In this document: positions 48,296 to 60,060 of the stretch, piece by piece
How positions within the stretch are numbered: the stretch's first letter is position 1
How the letters are laid out: the number at the start of each line of letters is the position of its first letter
Assembly (NCBI RefSeq): GCF_027921745.1
Contig: NC_079239.1
Location: 2,046,001 to 2,110,000, forward strand
Source of the DNA: Schizosaccharomyces osmophilus
Lineage: Eukaryota
Direction: 5' to 3'
DNA: 64,000 bases
Program-made: the position numbers and the translations under genes
The notes under the pieces: generated by a model
Databases searched by the model: none
Told to the model about the DNA's origin: nothing
The model's input: only the letters and a program-made list of their open reading frames with translations

Positions 48296-49966
48296 AAACA
48301 CCAAGAATTAAGAAAAAAAATAAAGACAAGAGCGTGTTTACGAAATCTCGCCAGTCAGCGACAAATACTTTTGGAGTCTGTGGTGCTCATCCGTTTGAGC
48401 CGTGAAATTGGACGGTAAATAGCAGTTTAATATAAAAGTGAGAATATAGAATCGTCCATTTGCTGGTCGTATTCACACAAGGAACGCCTTTAAAGCAGAG
48501 ACCTGTTGTTGTTTGTTTGTACCGTAAGTTGTAAAAATCTCAAATAGAGGAAGAATCTTTGGATCTCTAGGTTGGGAAACATAATGCGTTTTTAGTTCCT
48601 TTTTACCAATTCATACGAAATCAATCAACGCCTTTCAAGACTCAGTGGCAGTTTCAATGCTTTCTATTACCTCTATTACCTCTAAAAGATTTATCTTAGG
48701 CAATGAACTAAGCAGAGTGGAAATAAAACTAGGTTTAAGGATAAACTTCAGGAATTGAAATCTCGTACTCAAATTATCCTGGGCGCCTTAAACTTGTTAA
48801 ATTGTTATTTCCTTTCGATTGATTGTCCCATTTAAAAAATATTCTTCCGAGAAATTGTTTTTCCCATGTTGTGTCAATCTTGTGTACCTAATGTACGTGA
48901 TATAATACAACAGAATCAACAAATGCAATGGCTCACAACACATGCTGCGTGGATTAGACCCATGATTGACTTGAACCCGAATATTATGTTTCACAGGCAT
49001 TGCTTGCAATTCAAATGCCGGAGGTCAGTGAATTTTGTAGGAATGATACAATGGGTTTCGTACAAGTGCTGAGCTAACGCTGAAATGTATTTCGGTATCA
49101 TCGGATTACAAGGAGTAAGTCCAAGGTCGAAAAAAGTACGAAAGCTCATTAGAGTTTTTTTGGAATCTGAATATTGATTCTACTTGGAAGGATATCTATT
49201 AGCAAAAGTCACATTCTCCCCCAAATCACATGTTTGTTGATTAAATTAGAGTAAGAAATTCTTTTTCTCGTTCTCTTGTTGACGATTCCTTTATTTGCAA
49301 TCCATAAAGAATCTGATCTATATTCTCTACAAGTATCACCACATAGAAAACCAATGTTTCACATCAAAGATGATGCATCTCCTCAAAATTTCCAACATTC
49401 TTTGTTGTTTTCGTATTTTCAATTACACAATATTTGCCTTCTCATCTTTCTACACATTCTGACATTTTCTCTACGCAACAAGCAAGAAATCCATACGTGC
49501 TTATACTTCATTCAGAGCATTCGAGATTGCAGTCGTTCTTTTATGTTTATCTGAAAAAAAAAAAAGAAATTCTTTTGTTTCTACCATATATCATTATTTG
49601 TATTTCCAATGATTTATTTTTCAGTCGTTTGTTTACAAACATCACAAGGATTTTATGTCGTCAGTTCAATAGTAAACAAAAAAAATAGAGAAGAAAACAA
49701 AAGACGGATAGATGATGAAAAGACCAAGGTATGGAACATGAATGAAATCAGGCAAAGTATTTGACGTGTACGAGGAACGATTAAATAAATTTTGTACAAT
49801 TATGATTAAGGCCACTTCCTCAAGAAAATGTATGGTCCAAAAGACTTTTCAAAAAAAGCCATTCGTTTATGCAGGAAAATACCTTTTAAAGCAACAGTAA
49901 ATTATGTTTTACCAAATTTTTTTTGATTTCTTCTATTTTATTTTAGCACAACACTCCGGGATCTCC

Positions 49967-49988
49967 TTTTTTTTTTTTTTTTTTTTTT
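49967..49988. repeat. Poly(dT) tract of 22 nt
   Basis: Direct count, within the AT-rich nrm1-oga1 gap. Confidence 0.9.
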
Positions 49989-50469
49989 GGTTTTCTATAC
50001 TCCTACAGTATTACTTCCCGCTACAATATGTTCTTGACATTAGTACGCACGAATATTCAATTTGCATGAATACATGAATGAAAACCCCATGTTCTTCTCA
50101 CTCGTAAACTACTCATAATTACCAATATTACTTTACAATAAAAAAGCGTAGATTTTGTAGGATGCGGTAAAAACTTTTTTGACAATTATACTTCAACTAT
50201 TTTAGACATAGTCAAGACCTTGCCTATTCATTCAGCAGAAAAAAGACACACGACAAAAGTTTTCGTGCATATTTTAAGATCAACATAAAGGTACAAAACG
50301 AAAACTATTGCCGAGTCTACAAAACCAGTAAAATGTACTCAAATGAAAAGACAAAAAAGGGCTGTAAAATACATTAACCTTTCTATATGCGCTTGACAAC
50401 AAAAATCATCCAAGACCAATAAAACGCTCCATGTCGCAACGGCGCTGCTCTCATACCGGCTCAAATCAT

Positions 50470-51641
50470 TTAAGCAAGAGCAGGGAAGTCGGTTTCAGAA
50501 AGGGTAGGAGGAGCAGCAGCTTGAGCTTGAGCGGAAGCTTGGTTTCTGGGGGCAGGGTTGTTGCCACGGCGAGGGCCACCACGACCACCACGGGCACTAC
50601 CACCACCACGAGCGGGACGAGTGGTGAAAGTTTGCTCGATGTCAAGAACAACCTTCTTGGGCTTGGTCTCCTTGGCGGCGTTAGCCTTCTTGGAAGCGTT
50701 GTTCTTCTTGACAGAGGCGAAGAGGTCTTCAGGCTCACCCTTTTCGAGGGGCTTGGCATTGTCAATGGTCTCAACCTTACGACCAACAGGCTTGGCAGCA
50801 GACTTGCGGTTAGCAAGGAATTCATCAAGAGTCTTGATGGAGTCCTCTTCGTTGGGAACAGGGGTGTTAGCACCAGAGGGGGTGTTGCCCTCATCTTCAG
50901 CAACCTCAGCGGTTTCTTCGGATTGGATGGCGTCACCCCAACCGCGATTCACTTGCTTGGTGGTGTCAACGACACCAGTTTGGCTACGGCGGTCGTTCTC
51001 ACGGCCACGACGAGGACGACGAGCAGCAGGAGCACCAGAGGAATCTACAGGGTGGGACAAGTTGTTGGAACGAGCATCTTTACCTTCACGGATGAAAGCT
51101 TCATTGCCTTGAGGTTGACGGCGAGGTCTGCGAGGTTGATCGGCCTTCTTGGCAACGGTACGTTCACGAGGACTGGGCTGATTAGGATCACGTTTCTTAG
51201 AGGAACTGTTTGGAGCAACCAATTCACGGGGCATGGGGGAAGGAGTTTCCTTCTTTTCACGGTTGCTGGGTTTCTTGTCAGCGTTTGCTGCGGGAGTCTC
51301 CTCTCCGAGGAGGTCAAAGAGGTTCTAAAAGATTGGTTAACACTTTACTGCCCAAATAATATTCTTATAGTTGTTCGGCAATGGTCTATTTTAACTTCTC
51401 CTGCTAACCGGGAATTCCAATTTAGCGTTATTTCCTAATTAAATTCATATTTAATCTACAAATTGTTTGTCTTTCCAAAAATTACGTCTAAACAATCTCT
51501 CAGTTTACTTCCTCATAAACCGGAAATGTTCCGTTTTTCGTATCTCAACAAATCAGTTTATCAATACCACAAAAATATCCTCGGAATTCCACATAATCAA
51601 CCATTACCGACTTTTCTTCATACCTTGGATGCAACAGACAT
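50470..51641 (-). CDS. oga1: Stm1/SERBP1 ribosome preservation factor Oga1; exon 1 51624-51641, intron 51325-51623
   Basis: Spliced start MSVASK|NLFDLLGEE; RENDRRSQTG, RGWG, KTLDEFL, RGG tail and C-terminal DFPALA. Confidence 0.92.
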
Positions 51642-51698
51642 TTGGAAGCTGTAGAGTTTATTCGTGTGTTGCGTTACACAACTAATTCATCCAAAAAG

Positions 51699-51722
51699 CA
51701 GTCACTAATGTATAGGGTAGGT
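51699..51722 (-). promoter_or_regulatory. HomolD/HomolE-like ribosomal-protein-type promoter
   Basis: CAGTCACT at 51699-51706 (HomolD is CAGTCACA) and AGGGTAGGT at 51714-51722 (HomolE is AGGGTAGGGT), 58-80 nt upstream of the oga1 ATG. Confidence 0.6.
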
Positions 51723-52155
51723 CACACTACAGTAGCTTAAGGACATGACTTGTAATGTCGCTAAAACAAAAAAGAAGAAAGAAGAAAAAAAGGCCTACTT
51801 AAAGTAGAAATCAGTCAGAGCCGTTTTCGTTTCGGGTTGGTCAGTCAAGTCTGTCTTGACAGTTAATCATGAGCGGTCTTCATAGTTTATTTAGCAGAGC
51901 AGAAAGAATAAACTATATTACCATTTTGAAAGATACTCAATGAAACAAATTTGAAACAAGTAGGACAATTTTCCACTGTAACTTGTATTTATTAAAGGAA
52001 GCTTCTTCTATTTTTCGTGCAACTATTCCCTAATATACAACATTCGAGGGACATATATAGCTTCTTGAACAAAATGCATCGAAAGAAACTAGAGAAAGGT
52101 AGGCATAAATCATAAATTTTCATGAAAAAAGTACCGATTACTGAAAAAAAAGTCA

Positions 52156-53469
52156 TTAGATGTCAACATTGATGGGATTATTCTTTAAACCAGAAGTGGA
52201 TTTCTTTCCTTGACCTTTTTCAGCATTGCGGGACGAACGAAGAGAATTTCCAGCGCCGTGAAATGTATGGGGTTGCTTTTCAGGAACGTTTTCTTCGCTT
52301 CCAACAGGCGGTTTGTAGGGATATCCAAAAAAGTAAACACCAATCGGCAAGTTCAAAGGAGCTGGGCACTCTTGTTCTTCCAAATTGCTAAGATTGTCAA
52401 CTTCAGAAGGCTCTTTTTCCTCTATCTGCTTTCCATTTAATTTGGATCCCGTTCCTTTCATCGTTGAAGCTTGTCCTTGCTTCACAAGATCATTGTACTT
52501 AATTCTATTCACCATTGTCCCTTTAATGGATGCAACGCGCTCTTTCTCCTTCTCTTGCAAATGCTCTTCATACCCAACAGGTGTCTCAAAGTCGACAACC
52601 AAGTCTGTTTCAATCACCGACACGACACCACGAGAATCGTCTGGCTGAACATCAATCACTTTAATTCGAAAAATTTCGCCATTATACAGAATTTCGAAGA
52701 TATCGTTTCTTGTGAGCGTACTAAAGTTTCGCAGTGCACTTTCCAAAACTGCTCGATGATCACTAATATCCAAAAAGTTGACGCTTTGAGGTTGTAATCT
52801 TACGAAGCTGCCTTGGGAAATGTCGGTGTTGACTACATGCACAATGTCTCCTGGCTCCAAGTCCAATGTACTCATCATCTACAACGAGAGTATTAGCACG
52901 AACAATCCATTTTATGCCTTCTTCAACCACTTACCCAGTAAGGAAAGTAGACCCTTCCTTCTTCAGCAATGAATTCCAACACACCGCCATGAGTCTTCTT
53001 TTCGGCTGCGGCGTTTTCAAATTCAAATAACATTGGATAGCTAACGTTCAACCGAGCTAAAAAGTTGTTAGAAAAACCACGTTTCTGGACCATTGTATAC
53101 GAATCACATACATAATTTTTCCAAGGCAGAGGGGGGAAGAATCACTAGCTAGTTAGCAATGATCGTTTCAGTAGGATTAAGCACATTCCAAAGATGCACA
53201 TTTATGCACGCCCTCCGAAAATGTGCTCATCCTCACAACAAATACCACGTACCTTTTCCACCATAGTTTACATTAATCCCTTTTTCTCCAGGCATCATAC
53301 CAGCAGGGTAGCATCGATAATGAGCATCGAACTTTTGGTTGGGGTCTTCAAATGCTGAGCGCAAATGAGACATCATAGAAAGCCCATTATAATCTTCTGA
53401 AAAAAATCCTCCGCCAAACTACTCCCAATGGTTAAACTTCCAGGTTTTCGCCCATGTTGTACATACCAT
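52156..53469 (-). CDS. ufd1: Cdc48 cofactor Ufd1; introns 53419-53466, 53145-53252, 53057-53111, 52879-52934
   Basis: Spliced M|FGGGFF...YRCYP...NYGGKVILPPSALEKLSRLNVSYPMLF...THGGVLEFIAEEGRVYFPYWMM; SHP box FHGAGNSL. Confidence 0.94.
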
Positions 53470-54321
53470 TTTGGCAAACAAGTGCTTATTTCTCAACAGA
53501 AAACGCAAGTAATCGACTTTGCTTATTTAGAAAACCAAACGAAACGACGAATTTAACAGAAATCAGAGAAAAGCGAATGAATCCTGTTCCCTTCTGAAAT
53601 GAATTTCTCGAAAGAATGTGATTACACTGTATATATTAGAGTCAGAACATAGGGAAGTCGAACGAAGAGGAACAAAGTACAGTAAATCATATTATTGAAA
53701 TTGAACGAGATTTACTGACATCTTTTTATACAGTTACAGCATATTGTCTACTTGAAGTGAGTGAAATAGCTTTTTGCTTTGGAAATTAAGAATACAAGAG
53801 CTGCTAGATTCAATTAAAAATATATTATCATAGAAATCTTTAATCCATAATGCTTCTTAGTAAATGAATCTATGGTGGAAAACACGTCGTAACATCATAA
53901 TTCATTCGTTCATTAAAACAATTAGACCATATTACATTGAATGTAGTAAAGGCCAAGATAGCGAAGAAAGATTCAAAGACATTGTTAAAATTACTGGAAA
54001 TCAATTTTTTTTAGATCATTGGTACAAAACGAGCGTAGCACCGTACGCGTGTTTCTAAGACAATATCGACGAGAAGTTGCATATAAAGTAAAAGACAGAT
54101 AAAACATAAAGAATCATGCCTTTTTCACAAAATATTATATTTCATATACACTGAACGTAAATCATTCAAAATAAATCAGTAAAAAAGGGACTCAAAACCA
54201 AGCCAAAATCGTTAAATTATCAAAAGCATAAACATCGAATGTTGATAAGGCAATGGGTAAATCGTGACAAAGCGTTTTTAGCAATATCGCAAAAAGGTAG
54301 ATATTATGAAACGTAAATCAC

Positions 54322-55812
54322 TCAATTATGGGGAAAACCAAAAGGTGACTTTAGGACGGGCTGAGACTCATTTCGCGAGTGCAAAGGAGTATTTAACGTA
54401 GATGTCTGTCGTAAAGGAGAATCATTACCATAAATCTTGTCGTCAACGGAGCGAATAGGGTTCACCAGCGAGGAAAAGCTGGGTGGAGGAGTGATTGGCG
54501 CACTTCTTATTCCGTTCAATGCATGTTCTTGCAAAAATCGGGATGCCATAGGAGCATGCAAGGCACGACGGAAGCCTGGTGAAGAAGGTTGAGAATGGCT
54601 TACATTGGAGGGCTTTTTCGCTGGTTGTGTGACAGTCAACTTTATGATTTCGGCACTAGGCTGTACGTAGTAATCCAAGTCAAAATGTAATGCAAAAGCT
54701 CGTACAGCATTAGAAACGGTGTGGTCCTTTGAAGGAGCTTCAAAAACAAGCTCGTTACCGGGAAGGCAATGATTGGCAAAAAGCAAAAGACGACTGTATA
54801 TTTCTAGAGTTGTAGTGTTGTTGAGATCCAAGCCCTGATCCTTAAAACTTACTTCAAAGGTTTTATATTGGTGCTTTCTACGACGTTCCTCTGCCTGGCG
54901 TTTTTTTGCTTTTTCAGCCTTCTCGCGCTCAGCAACCGGTAATTGGCGTTTCCATTCCACTCGCAAACGACGGCTGTTTATTTCATAGCCATTCAAAGTT
55001 TGGACAACTGCTTGAGCTTCTTCGGGGAGGTAGAAATTTGCAAAAGCTAAGCCACGGAAGATACCATTGTCATAATGATAGTTAAAGGCGTAGGGACGTG
55101 GAATGCCTAATTGCTTGAAAGCTTCGAGCAAAGTGTCCTTCTCTAAGGAAAAGGGGATGTTTTTTACAACAATGGCGGTTGGAATAGTGTCCTCGCCGGG
55201 TTCGACAGATGCAGAGTTGGACGTCTGGTTTGAGGGAGTCATTGTCGAACGATGATGCAAGGAGGAGGAAGGATTACTTTTAGAGGGATACGCCTCGACA
55301 TCTTCGGGGCGATTAGCATCGGAAGATGATAAGGGCTCCTGAAAGGAAGGAGCCATATTGTTGGTGGCATTATGGACAGCCTGAGCAAAAGGGTCTCCCA
55401 TAAATGCAGCGTTTCTTGAAACAAGAGACGGAGTGGAGACCTGCTGGTTTGGCTCTGTAGCAAAATTTGGAAAATTCCCTTTACTAGAGGCATCCGAGCC
55501 GCCTAGGACACCACCACCACTGAAAGCAAGGTTGCCAAAGGGGTCCGAAGTTGAAGGAGCTGGTGATGCAGCGCGGCTACTAGAGAGAGATAGACCGCCT
55601 GACCATTTTGGATACATGGACGCACTCGATCCGTTAGCGGACGTGGCTTTACGAAGGGCCTGAGGAGATCCGATCGGTTGTAATTTCGGGGAATTCAGAG
55701 GTGACTGAAGTCTGGAAAGTGCTTCATGGTTAGGTTTTCTTGGGGCAGGACTATTAGTTAATGAATGTGAATCATTCGTCCTGACTTTCCAAGGAAATGC
55801 TTCATTTGACAT
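54322..55812 (-). CDS. cip1: RRM RNA-binding protein Cip1 (Pin4-like)
   Basis: RRM TAIVVKNIPF...YAFNYHYDNGIFRGLAFANF...RLRVEWKR. Length and neighbours favour cip1 over the paralog cip2. Confidence 0.8.
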   Translation of the reverse strand: MSNEAFPWKVRTNDSHSLTNSPAPRKPNHEALSRLQSPLNSPKLQPIGSPQALRKATSANGSSASMYPKWSGGLSLSSSRAASPAPSTSDPFGNLAFSGGGVLGGSDASSKGNFPNFATEPNQQVSTPSLVSRNAAFMGDPFAQAVHNATNNMAPSFQEPLSSSDANRPEDVEAYPSKSNPSSSLHHRSTMTPSNQTSNSASVEPGEDTIPTAIVVKNIPFSLEKDTLLEAFKQLGIPRPYAFNYHYDNGIFRGLAFANFYLPEEAQAVVQTLNGYEINSRRLRVEWKRQLPVAEREKAEKAKKRQAEERRRKHQYKTFEVSFKDQGLDLNNTTTLEIYSRLLLFANHCLPGNELVFEAPSKDHTVSNAVRAFALHFDLDYYVQPSAEIIKLTVTQPAKKPSNVSHSQPSSPGFRRALHAPMASRFLQEHALNGIRSAPITPPPSFSSLVNPIRSVDDKIYGNDSPLRQTSTLNTPLHSRNESQPVLKSPFGFPHN

Positions 55813-57248
55813 TTTACAAAGCTCGTTCGTTTCAGCAAAGCAGATAAAAACCCTCTCGAGTCCTTGAAAAAAAATTTGGAAACAAAGCCCGCAATTTTTT
55901 TCGCAGTAGTTTCACGAAATACTCGGTTCAATGCGACAAAGAGATTTTGCTGTTTTCAAGTAGAAAACGCAGTTGAGTCACAGGCCAATTGGAGACTTCA
56001 AATAAGACCATTACGTAAAACCCCGTTAAAATTTATTGAATCCAATACGTTCAAAAACGGTATAATATATTACGCACTCTGACATTATTCGTAGTATCAG
56101 CTCTATTTGTAATACAATAATATTATCCTCACATATAAGCGTATAAGAAAAGCATGATGTAGTACTCGCGAAGCAAGACAAAGACTTTGACAAGGTGGTT
56201 GGACACCTGGAAGTCTCTTTCTCGTGGACAAATCCTCTCTCATTTCCCTTCAACAAACGTGGATCCATATGTTGGATTATTTGCGACGCCGTCTTTGCGC
56301 TTTTGCTACAAAAACCGTCAACATGCATCTATCGTTCTCAACTTCTTCCACCAGCGATGTAATTTAGCAACGTTCGCCACTCCCTTCTTCACCATCTCTA
56401 CTCAGGACGAAATATCGTATTATAAAACATTGATATCGTGCTACACATCTATAATCAATCGTATAACGATATACAAATTCATACTATGATGCTTTCAATG
56501 AATCTCTGCACGTTCTAGAATGGAAATATTATTTGCGCTTGGGTTCTTGCCTCTTCTTTTACCAAAGAGTATCAAAAAGCAAGAAAAAAAAGGTAGGGAC
56601 ATAATACATAGAAACGTTTTGTATTCCCATTGAAAAGGATTTTTGAAACAAAAAAGAAGTACGCTCCATTCATCGTAATAGGGTTGTTCACTTCATAATA
56701 CAATTCATTTCAATTACTAATTTATCACAATTACGCCTACTCTATCGGAATCCAGAAGAGTCAGGTTCTTTCATTTTTCCTCCTACGCCCATGTTTTCGG
56801 GGTTGTAGCTGCATTAATTAGTGGAAGAGCTTCTTTAAGGATAAAGCAGCTTTCCAATTCTCAATACATCCATCCTTGGGAATTCTTTTCATTGCAAACG
56901 ACACAACGTACGTGCTGGTAAAGAATTATTGATTCGTATTCATTGATTTCTCTTGGAGTTTTCATCTTTGGACTATAGACCTGTTGAAGTCTTACGAACT
57001 ATTACACCTTGATTGTTTTTTCATCCATTTCGACAGATATAGTGTTTTTGGATTTCACTAATTTATTCGACGTATTCGCGAACAGTTTGCCATTCGTCCT
57101 TTTAATTCGCAACTCTTGCTTCATTTCCCTAGTAAGTATTTTCCTCATTCGCCGTATCGTCACATCCCCATCCTTACATAGTTTATTTTTTTCTCCCTTC
57201 TCATTCGAACTTTCTTATTTTTTCCTCTTCTTTTAGTACTGTTTTACG

Positions 57249-59051
57249 ATGCATAATTCAATTTCTTCCAATCATGCTTTGGATTACTATGATCAAGATG
57301 TCCCGGCCAGCAACGAGAAACCTCTCACAAAGAGTATCTCTATAGATTCCGATGCTGCTGATTCCTTACAAAGGAATCAATTTTTGTCGTCTGACAAGGC
57401 ATCCACAGCCGTCCTCTCACCCAATGCTTACAAATCGTCCGAATCCTCGAAAGCCATAGACGAAAAAGTTGATGCAAATGTTCATGTAAGGGACAATGCA
57501 AGTGAAAAAACAAAAAAAGATGAAGATATCCAAATGATTCCCGAAAATAACATGTTTATTGTCGTTCCAGCTCTCGTCTTGACGCTTTTCCTGGCTGCTC
57601 TAGATAATACCATTGTCACAGTTGCCCTTCCTACTATTTCCGAGCATTTCCATGATGCCTCTCATTCGTTCTGGATTGGTACTTCGTATTCCCTAGCCAC
57701 AAATGCCATCCTTCCCGCCGTTGGTGTTCTCTCGAATATTGTAGGGAGAAAGCCTATGCTTTATGTTTCCGTCTTCTTCTTCATGCTCGGTAGTGCTCTC
57801 AGTGGTGCTAGTCAAAACATGATTATGCTAATTGTTTGCAGAGCCATCCAAGGCCTTGGAGGTGGTGGAATTACGTCTTTGGTGAACATAATCATCTCTG
57901 ATATCACCCCTCTTAAAACGCGTCCTGTATACACCGGTTTGGTTGCTTCGGCCTGGGGCATCGCTCTCGTCCTTGGTCCAATTCTAGGTGGTGTTATATG
58001 TCAAAGAACTACTTGGCGATGGATTTTTTTCATCAACCTTCCTGTCGGTGGTTTAGCGATATCTTGTCTTATTTTCTTTTTGAGGTTGCTACCCGTGCGT
58101 CGACAATCCTTCCGTACATTCCTAAAAACTTTTGACTTTTTTGGACTTATTACCGTTATTACGGGCGTTGTGCTTTTTTTGTTAGGTATTTCTTTAGGGG
58201 CTTCGTCTGGTCGTTGGTCTCGTCCCAGTGTTTTACCTTATATTATTGTTGGTGCTGCCTTAGTAGTCATTGCATTCGTATATGATTTTAATACGAAAAG
58301 AAATGCTGTGTTGCCCTCAGTATTTTTCAAAAATATAAATAGTCTAAGCTTACTCGTTTGTTCCTTCGTGCATTTCCTAAACTATTATTTATTTTCTTAT
58401 TATATTCCTCAGTACTTCCAACGGATTCGAGGTGATGATCCCATCATGGCCGGTGTGCATTTCTTGCCCGGTGGATGTGTTTTGTGCTTCTTTTCAATAA
58501 CTGTTGGCTTGATTTTAAAAAAGTTGGGTCGCTACAAGCCACTACTTTACATCGGGGCTGTCGCTTGCACTGCCGGAATGGGCAGTTTGATATCTCTGGG
58601 GGCCTACTCTTCCTTTCCCAAAGCCATGGGCTTAACCACTATCTATATGTTTGGCTCTGGATTTTTCTTCTTACCTCCAATGATTGCTATGCAGGCAGCT
58701 TTTCCTCCCTCGTTAATGTCCATGGCCACTGCCACTTTGATGTTTATACGAAACATTGGAGGAGCTATTGGTATCACTGTGGGCGAGGTTATTTTTAGCC
58801 AGAGGGTAACTGGTGCCTTTCACGGGAACAGTTCGATTGCGTCCCTTTCGTACGAACAGATCCAGCAGTATCCAGCTCACGAACGGGACCATATTGAAGA
58901 AACTTTTGCATCTGCTTTTCGAACTATTTGGATTTTTGCTACTATTGCCATGGCTATTGGCGCTGTCGCCGTCTTGTTTGTGAAGAGTAATTCAATCGTT
59001 CAAAAGTCGGAAAAGGTTCCCGCAAAGGAGCAAAAGAATGAACAAGTTTAA
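57249..59051 (+). CDS. MFS drug:H+ antiporter, 14-TM (DHA2) family
   Basis: Motifs LFLAALDNTIVTVALPTI, LSNIVGRK, RAIQGLGGGG and WRWIFFINLPVG. Confidence 0.92.
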   Translation: MHNSISSNHALDYYDQDVPASNEKPLTKSISIDSDAADSLQRNQFLSSDKASTAVLSPNAYKSSESSKAIDEKVDANVHVRDNASEKTKKDEDIQMIPENNMFIVVPALVLTLFLAALDNTIVTVALPTISEHFHDASHSFWIGTSYSLATNAILPAVGVLSNIVGRKPMLYVSVFFFMLGSALSGASQNMIMLIVCRAIQGLGGGGITSLVNIIISDITPLKTRPVYTGLVASAWGIALVLGPILGGVICQRTTWRWIFFINLPVGGLAISCLIFFLRLLPVRRQSFRTFLKTFDFFGLITVITGVVLFLLGISLGASSGRWSRPSVLPYIIVGAALVVIAFVYDFNTKRNAVLPSVFFKNINSLSLLVCSFVHFLNYYLFSYYIPQYFQRIRGDDPIMAGVHFLPGGCVLCFFSITVGLILKKLGRYKPLLYIGAVACTAGMGSLISLGAYSSFPKAMGLTTIYMFGSGFFFLPPMIAMQAAFPPSLMSMATATLMFIRNIGGAIGITVGEVIFSQRVTGAFHGNSSIASLSYEQIQQYPAHERDHIEETFASAFRTIWIFATIAMAIGAVAVLFVKSNSIVQKSEKVPAKEQKNEQV

Positions 59052-59356
59052 TCTTCTCTTTAAAAATTTATTGACTTCTTGAAAAGTTACATCTAGCTTT
59101 TTTAATATTTCTTTTTAACGGTTTGGTAATAGTTGTTTAGGTCTCATATACATTTCTTTTAATGTGTTTAATTTAATGAAATGTCGTCGCAAAAAATATG
59201 TCAGTAAGATACCAAAAAATTTCTGAAGCTTCAGAATGAATTAGAGTCTATTGAATCCTTCAGCATACAGCTACAGTAGTATTCTGAAAGAAAGTAGGGT
59301 CCGGTTCCTAACAAATCTGGCCACAGATTGTATTAACATATTGTATTCGATTTATT

Positions 59357-59659
59357 TTATTTAGCCTCCGGAGAGGGTTTTGACGATTCATCTTGTTCTG
59401 GAGCAATTCTGTATCGTTTGGTCATATCGAGCTACAAATAAAGAGATTAGCAATGGGTTTGAATGTAAGTTAATATAAATGAATTTACCATTTGTCGTTT
59501 ACATTCTCCAAACGAAGTCATCAAATTCCTACATTCCACCGGGAGCTGCTCTTTGTTTCTCATACATTCTCTAGCAGATTTGCCATGAATGAACATACAA
59601 TCTGAATGTAATAAACAATCTGCCAAATCTTTTCGAATACTGTTGCAAGAGCGACCCAT
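59357..59659 (-). CDS. coa5: Cytochrome c oxidase assembly factor Coa5/Pet191; intron 59432-59488
   Basis: Six-Cys CX9C-like MGRSCNSIRKDLADCLLHSDC...ECKRQM|LDMTKRYR. Confidence 0.9.
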
Positions 59660-60060
59660 ATTAAAAAAAAAAAAGAATTAATATGAGTGAATATAATGGT
59701 TCCTGTGATGAAACGAGGTAATCGGTTGTGGTAGAATAATAAGAAAGAGTGTAGTTTATTGAAAGAAAGCGACGTGCATAAATTTGAAACGAAATTGTTT
59801 CTGTACTTGATCATTAATTAGCTCAGAAGAGAGGATTCTCCTTTTTTTCTTTTTCTTTTTTCCATTTAAACATTCTTACTTTTCTTTTGTTTACATCTTA
59901 GTGTAGTGTGGTATAGCACGTAAAGGTAAATACAACGTTGCAGCAAGTCACCTTTATTAATATTGTCCTCCATCAACGAAGCATTCTGCCTTTACGAGCA
60001 ACCTGTTTAAACCATCTTTTGCTTACAATTAAGGCATTTTCCTTTATTTGAAAAGTCATT

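Noticed and set aside
48866..49072. 68-aa ATG-initiated ORF with an N-terminal CxxC
   Set aside because: It has no recognisable family or supporting signals, and the length is within chance expectation.
50431..51438. 335-aa plus-strand ORF, and overlapping 184-aa and 156-aa ORFs
   Set aside because: These are antisense or alternative-frame shadows of GC-rich, codon-biased oga1. They are low complexity with no recognisable domain.
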